Assembly: GCA_000002445.1 (NCBI GenBank)
Contig: CH464491.1
Span: 1,024,001-1,088,000 of the forward strand
Direction: 5' to 3'
From: Trypanosoma brucei
Taxonomy: Eukaryota
DNA: 64,000 nt
The notes under the pieces were generated by a model. The model saw only the letters and a list, made by a program, of their open reading frames with translations. It made no database searches and was not told the origin of the DNA. Made by a program: the position numbers and the translations under genes. Below, piece after piece: positions 21,722 through 31,002 of this stretch; positions within the stretch are counted from its first letter, which is position 1, and every line of letters begins with the position of its first letter.

Positions 21722-22900
21722 CAGTACGCTAGCCCCTTTATAACATACGTTTTTGTTTATTTTTTTTGTCTTAGGACTGCTTCCCCGCTACTGGGTATGT
21801 TGAGGGAAAAAACGTCAGACACTTTCTCTCGGCACCTGGTGCGGTGTGTCCGGCATTTACTTCCCTTCCTTTTTTTTTATGATGCACATTACGTTGCCTG
21901 CTGAAGATATTGTTTGGAGCAATGTGCTTGTGGTGTTTGGGTGTACTGAAATTTGTGGTGAGACGGTGCGACTCTTGTGTGGTTAAGTAAAGGAATGTGA
22001 ACTGATTGTACGATATGCCACTGGTGTCGCTACCATTCACTGTCAACGAGCTTCAACCATTATTAGTGGTGTGATTTTAGTGGATATAAATAAGAAATAA
22101 ATTCCTAGTGTGTGTTTTCTCCCGTTTCCTCCTTCTTTCATGTAGGCCAACTTTAGTGCGTATGTACGGAGGTATAATATTAGTGTTTAGTAATTTCTGC
22201 GTAAATACCTGCGGTTTCCTTGTTTGCAGCAACACGTTACCTTTCAACTATAGACCTCCGTTGCGTGCTACAATCGTTATTTGTGTATTATAATTATCTA
22301 TTTTAAAAAAATTTTCTATATATATATATATATGTTTGTTTGTTGTATAACTTCGGGGAAGCGCTGTTTTGTAAGGCTGTGTTAGGAAATCTATATTACT
22401 GGTAACAGTAGTAATAAATGGGAGATCGTCTAATTTGTGTGCGTCACGGGGTTTAATGATTATTGTGATGTGCGGTTGTATTGCTGTTATTTTCTGCATC
22501 TGATATGCTTTAGGTTTAAGTACTCAATACCTTCTCCATCCATATAGATATTGTTTCCTTCTCTTTCTCCTTTTCTTTCCTTTCTTATATCTTATTCCTA
22601 CTGCCCCATTGCGATAGTGATAGCGTCAAGTTTATGTATGTTGTTGTAGTTGTACTTGCCGCGCTGCTTCGAAGCTGTTGGCTCACCAATGGTTTTACTG
22701 GATATGGTGTTCCGAAGTTTTTGGAGGACCTATTGCATATGTCCATGTTGCTGTACCGTTGTGTTTGCCTTTCGATGAACTCCCGTGGATTTGCGTGCTC
22801 GTGTTTTTGCTTTTTGCTTCTGTTATGTGGTAATGGCGGATGTGTATACGATGGCGATATCCACATATATGTGATAAGGATGGTGCAGAACCGCAACCAC

Positions 22901-25871
22901 TAAATACTTGCCTGTAAAATGAGCAGTATCATCCCCACTTAAGGAAACTGTAAGCTTAGTCACTTCCCTCCTTTCTCTTTCTTTTTGTACGAAGGTTAAA
23001 GCCACAAGACTCTCTTACTGAACTCAGGCAAGTGAACAACACCGCACTAAACCAGAATCGCATAAGTTACATCCACTATCCATCCACTCGGGTTTAACTG
23101 AATTGCATCGCTGGATACCTTTCGTGTGCAATGGCTCTTGGATTTTCCTCTGCGGGGGAAGTGTACATGTACGCAACATGCATCCTTCTTGGAGTGTCCC
23201 TTCTAATGCCCCTTAACGCTCTCGTTTCCGCACCGCGCTTTATGGTGGACTACTACAAGTACGTATCTGGTAAAGAGGATGCCGAACCGAACCTTCCCTT
23301 TTTCTGGAAGAATATTTTCACGTTCTACAATGTTGTATCGCTTGCGTCGCAGGTGATTGCTGGACCGACCGTTCTAACTCGTGCAGCCCGTCGACTTTCA
23401 TTATCTGTGCGCTTTGCCCTTTCCATCACGTTGATGATGTCGGAGGTATTTGTAGTTCTCATGATGCCTGTGATCAAGGTACCTCAAACAGTTGCCATTG
23501 TTCTTCTCTGCCTTGTGACAATATTTGCAGGTATTGGGAAATCATACCATGAGGCGACGTGCTACGTTCTGGTGGCGTCGATGCCATCTAAGTTCATGTC
23601 TGCTGTTATGTTTGGAGTGTCACTATGCGGTGTAATAACGTCCACACTACAGTGCATCATCAAGGCATCGATGGAAGATACCTATGAGTCCGTGCTGACG
23701 CAGTCATACATTTATTTTTCACTTGGTCTACTGATAATGGCGGGTACACTTGCGATGGCTCTCTGTCTACGATATAATTCCTACGCGCAGGAGCACGTTG
23801 CTGAGTACCGTATGCTCAAACTACAAGAACAAGGAGTAGATGCTGAGTCTCAAAATGATGAGAAGGAACCCGTGGCTGAAGGTAAAGGTGAAGGTGAAGG
23901 TAAGAGTGAGGGTGCCATGACGACAGCAGAGCAACTGACGGCAACTGCTGTTATGCCCGTAGCGAGGATAATCCGTATGATGTTAGTGACAGTCTTCTGC
24001 GGCTTCTTCCTCACCTTATTTATCTTCCCCAGTCTTATTATTCCCATCGATCGTGACCACAATTGGTTTGCGACAATTGCCATTCTGCTATACAACTGTG
24101 GGGATGCTATTGGACGTTTCTCCACCTCGTTCAAGTGCGTTTGGCCGCCCCGCCGTGCTCTGCTGTACGCCACCTTCGCCCGCTTCATTTTTGTTCTGCC
24201 CTTCATGTTATGCATTTACCAATACATCCCTGGCCATGTCGGTCCGTATATCTTCTCGTTTCTCCTTGGCCTGACCAACTGTGTGGGTGCCATGTCGATG
24301 GTGTATGGCCCAATAACCCCTGGTCTTGAGACTGCGGGTCAGAAATTGATGGCTGGACAGTTGATGGGGATTTCGCTGCTTTCTGGAATTGCCGCTGCAT
24401 CTGTGCTTGCGATGATTGTGGTTGTCTTCCTACCATGAGTACGCTTAATGGAGGAGCCGCCTCTCACTAACACCACTTTGTTAGTACGTGACGTGTTTTA
24501 AGTGATGGAGCATCGTTGATGTTTTATCAAAGATACTATCTTAACTTGTATATATATATATATATATATATGTATTAGTTTATATCTTTTTTACATTAAC
24601 AAGATTATTTTATTTTAATTATTTATTTTTTTTTGATTTTCCTTTAACTGAAGGCATGTGCGGGTAAGGCAGCATAAACTATTTTGGACTGCCTCAGTAC
24701 GCTAGCCCCTTTATAACATACGTTTTTGTTTATTTTTTTTGTCTTAGGACTGCTTCCCCGCTACTGGGTATGTTGAGGGAAAAAACGTCAGACACTTTCT
24801 CTCGGCACCTGGTGCGGTGTGTCCGGCATTTACTTCCCTTCCTTTTTTTTTATGATGCACATTACGTTGCCTGCTGAAGATATTGTTTGGAGCAATGTGC
24901 TTGTGGTGTTTGGGTGTACTGAAATTTGTGGTGAGACGGTGCGACTCTTGTGTGGTTAAGTAAAGGAATGTGAACTGATTGTACGATATGCCACTGGTGT
25001 CGCTACCATTCACTGTCAACGAGCTTCAACCATTATTAGTGGTGTGATTTTAGTGGATATAAATAAGAAATAAATTCCTAGTGTGTGTTTTCTCCCGTTT
25101 CCTCCTTCTTTCATGTAGGCCAACTTTAGTGCGTATGTACGGAGGGATAATATTAGTGTTTAGTAATTTCTGCGTAAATACCTGCGGTTTCCTTGTTTGC
25201 AGCAACACGTTACCTTTCAACTATAGACCTCCGTTGCGTGCTACAATCGTTATTTGTGTATTATAATTATCTATTTTAAAAAATTTTTCTATATATATAT
25301 ATGTTTGTTTGTTGTATAACTTCGGGGAAGCGCTGTTTTGTAAGGCCGTGTTAGGAAATCTGTATTACTGGTAACAGTAGTAATAAATGGGAGATCGTCT
25401 AATTTGTGTGCGTCACGGGGTTTAATGATTATTGTGATGTGCGGTTGTATTGCTGTTATTTTCTGCATCTGATATGCTTTAGGTTTAAGTACTCAATACC
25501 TTCTCCATCCATATAGATATTGTTTCCTTCTCTTTCTCTTTCTCCTTTTCTTTCTTATATCTTATTCCTACTGCCCCATTGCGATAGTGATAGCGTCAAG
25601 TTTATGTATGTTGTTGTAGTTGTACTTGCCGCGCTGCTTCGAAGCTGTTGGCTCACCAATGGTTTTACTGGATATGGTGTTCCGAAGTTTTTGGAGGACC
25701 TATTGCATATGTCCATGTTGCTGTACCGTTGTGTTTGCCTTTCGATGAACTCCCGTGGATTTGCGTGCTCGTGTTTTTGCTTTTTGCTTCTGTTATGTGG
25801 TAATTGCGGATGTGTATACGATGGCGATATCCACAAAATATGTGATAAGGATGGTGCAGAACCGCAACCAC
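22901..25871 (+). repeat. Transporter tandem-array repeat unit 2 (2971 bp)
   Basis: Direct repeat of unit 1. The length difference is mainly in the (TA)n tracts at 24549-24571 and 25297-25312. Confidence 0.9.
23131..24438 (+). CDS. ENT-family transporter, array copy 2, 435 aa
   Basis: Differs from copy 1 by a single residue in the acidic loop (NDENEP versus NDEKEP). 5' and 3' flanks are near-identical to those of copy 1. Confidence 0.85.
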   Translation: MALGFSSAGEVYMYATCILLGVSLLMPLNALVSAPRFMVDYYKYVSGKEDAEPNLPFFWKNIFTFYNVVSLASQVIAGPTVLTRAARRLSLSVRFALSITLMMSEVFVVLMMPVIKVPQTVAIVLLCLVTIFAGIGKSYHEATCYVLVASMPSKFMSAVMFGVSLCGVITSTLQCIIKASMEDTYESVLTQSYIYFSLGLLIMAGTLAMALCLRYNSYAQEHVAEYRMLKLQEQGVDAESQNDEKEPVAEGKGEGEGKSEGAMTTAEQLTATAVMPVARIIRMMLVTVFCGFFLTLFIFPSLIIPIDRDHNWFATIAILLYNCGDAIGRFSTSFKCVWPPRRALLYATFARFIFVLPFMLCIYQYIPGHVGPYIFSFLLGLTNCVGAMSMVYGPITPGLETAGQKLMAGQLMGISLLSGIAAASVLAMIVVVFLP

Positions 25872-28260
25872 TAAATACTTGCCTGTAAAATGAGCAGTAT
25901 CATCCCCACTTAAGGAAACTGTAAGCTTAGTCACTTCCCTCCTTTCTCTTTCTTTTTGTACGAAGGTTAAAGCCACAAGACTCTCTTACTGAACTCAGGC
26001 AAGTGAACAACACCGCACTAAACCAGAATCGCATAAGTTACATCCACTATCCATCCACTCGGGTTTAACTGAATTGCATCGCTGGATACCTTTCGTGTGC
26101 AATGGCTCTTGGATTTTCCTCTGCGGGGGAAGTGTACATGTACGCAACATGCATCCTTCTTGGGATTTCCCTCCTCATGCCTCTCTGTGTCCTGGTTTCC
26201 GCACCAAGCTTTATGTTGAACTACTACAAGTACGTATCTGGTAAAGAGGATTCCGAACCGAACCTTCCCTTTTTCTGGAAGAATATTTTCACGTTCTACA
26301 ATGTTGTATCGCTTGCGTCGCAGGTGATTGCTGGACCGACCGTTCTAACTCGTGCAGCCCGTCGACTTTCATTATCTGTGCGCTTTGCCCTTTCCATCAC
26401 GTTGATGATGTCGGAGGTATTTGTAGTTCTCATGATGCCTGTGATCAAGGTACCTCAAACAGTTGCCATTGTTCTTCTCTGCCTTGTGACAATATTTGCA
26501 GGTATTGGGAAATCATACCATGAGGCGACGTGCTACGTTCTGGTGGCGTCGATGCCATCTAAGTTCATGTCTGCTGTTATGTTTGGAGTGTCACTATGCG
26601 GTGTAATAACGTCCACACTACAGTGCATCATCAAGGCATCGATGGATGATACCTATGAGTCTGTGCTGAAGCAGTCATACATTTATTTTTCACTTGGGAT
26701 TTTAATAATGTCCGCAACACTTGCGATGGCTCTCTGTCTACGATATAATTCCTACGCGCAGGAGCACGTTGCTGAGTACCGTATGCTCAAACTACAAGAA
26801 CAAGGAGTAGATGCTGAGTCTCAACATGATGAGAATGAACCCACTGCTGAAGGTGAAGGTGAAAGTAAAGGTGAGGGTGGCGAAGGTGATGCTGAAGGTG
26901 GCATGACGACAGCAGAGCAACTGACAGCAACTGCTGTTATGCCTGTCGTGAAGATTATCCGTATGATGTTATTATGTGTCTTCTGCGGCTTCTTCCTCAC
27001 CTTATTTATCTTCCCCAGTCTTATTATTCCCATCGATCGTAAACACAATTGGTTTGCGACAATTGCCATTCTGCTATACAACTGTGGGGATGCTATTGGA
27101 CGTTTCTCCACCTCGTTCAAGTGCGTTTGGCCGCCCCGCCGTGCTCTGCTGTATTTCACTTTTGGTCGCTTTATTTTTATTTTGCCTTTTATTCTGTGTA
27201 TTTACAAACACATCCCTGGTCACGCAGCTCCGTATATCTTCTCGTTTCTCCTTGGCCTGACCAACTGTGTGGGTGCCATGTCGATGGTGTATGGCCCAAT
27301 AACCCCTGGTCTTGAGACTGCGGGTCAGAAATTGATGGCTGGACAGTTGATGGGGATTTCGCTGCTTTCTGGAATTGCCGCTGCATCTGTGCTTGCGATG
27401 ATTGTGGTTATCTTCCTACCATGAGTACGCATAATGGAGGGGCCGCCTCTCGCTTAAACATTCTTTTTTATGTATTAATTTTTTGTAATTTCTTTTTTGT
27501 TTTTAATATATGTAAAGTATCTTAACGTAACATTTTTGGTACTTAATTATTTTGTTGTTTTTTGTGATTTTCTTTTAATTGAAGGCAAGTGTGGGTGAGG
27601 CAGCATAAACTATTTTGGACTGCCTCAGTACGCTAGTCGGTTACTAAATTTGAAAATTTTGTCTTAGGACTGCTTCCCCGCTACTGGGTATGTTGAGGGA
27701 AAAAACGTCAGACACTTTCTCTCGGCACCTGGTGCGGTGTGTCCGGCATTTACTTCCCTTCCTTTTTTTTATGATGCACATTACGTTGCCTGCTGAAGAT
27801 ATTGTTTGGAGCAATGTGCTTGTGGTGTTTGGGTGTACTGAAATTTGTGGTGAGATGGTGCGACTCTTGTGTGGTTAAGTAAAGGAATGTGAACTGATTG
27901 TACGATATGCCACTGGTGTCGCTACCATTCACTGTTAATGGCCTCGACCATTTTTTTTTTTGACATTAATGGGGAAATTTTTGTTTTTGTAAAACGGCAT
28001 GAAGAAAGTAATAATACTGGTATCAGTAGTAATAAACGGGGATTCACCTAACTCTCGTGTAGTTTGCGGTTATTCTGCTTGTTGTTGTACCTACTGTGCT
28101 TTAATGCAATGTGGTTGGTGGGTCCTTCATTTCTCTATCTTTCTCTGCTTCTTCTTTAATTTTTTTTCTTATCTCTTAATCTTAATGTTTCACTGCGGCA
28201 GTTATTGCTCCAAGCTTGTGTATGTTGTAGCTGTACTTGGTGAGTTGTTCTTCTTTGTGT
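25872..28260 (+). repeat. Transporter tandem-array repeat unit 3 (diverged; the 3' flank decays after about 27935)
   Basis: The 5' flank and most of the CDS are identical to units 1 and 2. The 3' flank retains the conserved blocks 27598-27625 and 27650-27935, with residual similarity to about 28260. Confidence 0.8.
26102..27424 (+). CDS. ENT-family transporter, array copy 3 (diverged paralog, 440 aa)
   Basis: Same family. Long stretches are nucleotide-identical to copies 1 and 2, interrupted by diverged tracts in TM1, the TM6-7 acidic loop (5-aa insertion), and the TM9-10 region. Confidence 0.85.
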   Translation: MALGFSSAGEVYMYATCILLGISLLMPLCVLVSAPSFMLNYYKYVSGKEDSEPNLPFFWKNIFTFYNVVSLASQVIAGPTVLTRAARRLSLSVRFALSITLMMSEVFVVLMMPVIKVPQTVAIVLLCLVTIFAGIGKSYHEATCYVLVASMPSKFMSAVMFGVSLCGVITSTLQCIIKASMDDTYESVLKQSYIYFSLGILIMSATLAMALCLRYNSYAQEHVAEYRMLKLQEQGVDAESQHDENEPTAEGEGESKGEGGEGDAEGGMTTAEQLTATAVMPVVKIIRMMLLCVFCGFFLTLFIFPSLIIPIDRKHNWFATIAILLYNCGDAIGRFSTSFKCVWPPRRALLYFTFGRFIFILPFILCIYKHIPGHAAPYIFSFLLGLTNCVGAMSMVYGPITPGLETAGQKLMAGQLMGISLLSGIAAASVLAMIVVIFLP

Positions 28261-28371
28261 TTTACCTTTTTATTTGTTCCTTTATATTGTTTGATTTCCC
28301 ATTTCCCATTTCTTTTCTTCTTTTATTATTTTTTTGTTATTTTGTTTCATATTCATTAGTATTTTTGTGTA

Positions 28372-28929
28372 ATGTTAAAGTGCTCCTTGTGCTATCTAGC
28401 AAGCAAGGTGACTGCGGGTAATGCGAAAAATCAAGCCGGCCACCCAAGGCGGAGGGCTAAACTATTTCATGTTGTTCCTGGTACTCCAGTTACTCCATTT
28501 GAGAAGCTAAAGGAACAGAGGCGGCGGTTTGGTCAGGATCGTCATTCGCGTTTACCTGAATATCGACCAGGGAATAATGTCCGTATGGATCCTAATACAT
28601 ACACGTTGTACGCCACAAAGAAGGGCGTGATGACGATACGTGAGAGCCGCATTAATCCCAAGTATAAATGGCTTGATGTGGAACCTGACATTCAAAAGGT
28701 TTATCGCAGTAGAGAATTGCGACGGGCACTTCAGGAAAGGGAAATGGCCTCTATGGCGGTTGGTGAAAACTCGAACTACCGGGTAGAACTGGACTTGTTG
28801 CTGGAACCGGATTGGCGTGAGCGTGTCATGCATGTGCCGAAGGCTACGGAGCGCTTCAAGGACCCCAATCTCTTTACCCGTGGTGTTGTTAACGAGCTGT
28901 CACCCTTGGATAGGTACAGTTACACATGA
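28372..28929 (+). CDS. hypothetical protein, 185 aa
   Basis: First ATG after a very long T-rich polypyrimidine tract (28130-28370). Composition is non-repetitive and coding-like. No motif recognised, and the start codon is uncertain. Confidence 0.35.
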   Translation: MLKCSLCYLASKVTAGNAKNQAGHPRRRAKLFHVVPGTPVTPFEKLKEQRRRFGQDRHSRLPEYRPGNNVRMDPNTYTLYATKKGVMTIRESRINPKYKWLDVEPDIQKVYRSRELRRALQEREMASMAVGENSNYRVELDLLLEPDWRERVMHVPKATERFKDPNLFTRGVVNELSPLDRYSYT

Positions 28930-31002
28930 AATAGGTAGATGGCAGTAGGTTTTTACCTTGCGTTTGCTCGCTCTCTCACATGCCTCTATGGGTTTGATCT
29001 TTATGTGAGGAAAGCAGGGGACTTAGTCCGTATGGACGGTGTCTGTATGTGCTCTTAAAGTTGCGAGGCGGACCTGCGACAGTTGTGGGAGACACACTTC
29101 GTTTTCCCGTAGTGTTCCACTGTGAGGAGTCAGTAATTAACACAAATCGTGAAATAATAGCAATGACTATACTTATAGTTGATTGCCGACAAATATCGAC
29201 CAGGAGCTAAACATTTTTTTTTGCAAGACTGCACTGTATGCAGAGTTTGCTTCTCTTTCTGTCGTTCTCGTGCATTTGTGCGTATTATTACAGGTTAAAC
29301 ATTGGTGGACTATGGGTTGCCGCAGTTTTTGGTACTGTTTCATATTGAACGCACGTGGTTCGGTCGGGCTGCGCATATGTGTATCGTGTCAGCTAACGTT
29401 GCATTGCTAGTTAATGGGGCTCCTGCGATGGCAGTGGTTAACGCAGGTTATGAAGCAGGAATTGACGACTAACAAAACCATCTGGTCCGGAATGTAAGCC
29501 AAAGTTACTACTGAGTGCATGGGTCGGAAGGGTACGAGCCAAACTGCTTTGTGACTGCGTTGGTGGTTACTTTACCATCTATTCTCTGGAGTGCTGTCCA
29601 TGGTGACGCCGGAAACGCTGCGTTACCAGCGGTTCACCATGGCGCCCTACCACAAATCCGTACCAAAGAAATATATGATACTAACCAACTTAACGGGCTC
29701 CCGTGCTGTGGCACTACACTGAACCATGTGAGTGGCCCACTGAGTTATGTTGGGGGAGTTACAAAATCTAGAGGTCATCGGTGCCGAAGTGTAACCGAAA
29801 GCCTTTGCAATCTTCCTCGTTTGGTGGCAGCGTATCGTAGCGCCACACATCACTGCACCGACCGGCACCAGTGTGAATAAGTAGGGCCTGTACGCGAAAC
29901 CCCGTGTTGTAGCGGAGTGGGTTGTACGCGGTTGGGCGCGTTTGCAGTTGGCTGGACTCGCAGCGATATCTGTTCGCCTCCCATTCCTGTTATTTATCGT
30001 CCCTGTAGCCGCTGTTGTGTCATGTGTATGTGTGAAGTCTCATTTCTGCGCGGACGTTTGGTGATGCTTCCGCCAGAGAAAGGGGTGTTAAGGTACCACA
30101 TTCCTCAAATCATGGAATGTTAGCGTTGCTTGTTGTATAAAAGGCTGTTGCTCTTCATTCCCGTCCTGTAGCGAAATTTAGAACTGATGGCGGCAAACAT
30201 CCCTCGAGCTGTGATACGTGCCCCATGTTGCACCGAAGGCTTTCAGTGAGGTATAACGGATCGGTTGAATGTGGATGAGCTCGACCTGCTTGTCTCTTCG
30301 GGTGAATGAATGGGGTGGTATGGTATTTCTTCGCAGTAGGAATACATTCCAAAATGATCCCCTTTTCACTCAGCCCCTTTCTTTTTGTTGTATCATTTAT
30401 TATTATTGTTATCGGTGCCAGTTTTTCTTGTCGGGGTTGCTGATACGAATTTTAGCTGCCGCCACCTCTGTGTATGTGTACACCAGGTGGGCGTGGTGGC
30501 GTTGCGCTGTTGGTTACTTTTCATGTTGTTTCCCGTCTATTACGTTGGTTCAATCGGCGAAGCGTCACTGCTCCCAAGAAGAAAAAATTTTGTCAAACCA
30601 AACGAACCAAAGAAAAGGGCCGAAAAGGAGGAGGAGGGTTTGGCAGGGAAGTGGGGTCGCGGGTTGGAAACAGGGATGATGAGGAGGAGCGAAGCAAGTT
30701 CAAGAGGAAAAGAAACAGAACGAAGCGTGGAGGGGGAGGGAACCGTATTAAATAACTTAAGAGTGTGGCCGGGAACTCGGAAAGGACGGGGGAACTCATT
30801 TGTAACGAAGAAAGAAGCTCCGCTTTATTTTTTACCCTTCGTTATTCCCAGTTAAGTAAGAGCGTACACACATCCAAGCAAGTAGGTTAGATATAGGAAG
30901 TTAAGAGCTGGTGAAGAAGAAACTGAGACGAAATACAGAGAAGATACCGAAGGAAAGGGATATCATTTGCATCTGCTCTTTACTGCGAGGCTACAGTGAA
31001 AC

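Larger units (their letters stand above)
19922..22900 (+). repeat. Transporter tandem-array repeat unit 1 (2979 bp: 5' flank, CDS and 3' flank)
   Basis: The unit begins at the shared sequence TAAATACTTGCCTGTAAAATGAGCAGTATC, which is found again at 22901 and 25872. It is near-identical to unit 2 apart from (TA)n length changes and a few point differences. Confidence 0.9.

Noticed and set aside
22634-22903. 89/122-aa ORF repeated in the spacers between transporter copies (22634..22903 and 25520..25888)
   Set aside because: The two copies sit in near-identical DNA, yet their reading frames diverge after a 1-2-nt difference (…DGDIHIYVIRM versus …DGDIHKICDKDG). There is no frame conservation, so this is a non-coding spacer.
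29590-29650. SRP/7SL or snRNA gene at the GAAA-loop palindrome
   Set aside because: No Sm site, no recognisable helix-8 or Alu-domain motifs, and no divergent upstream tRNA gene (the kinetoplastid Pol III promoter arrangement). It is kept only as a low-interest finding.
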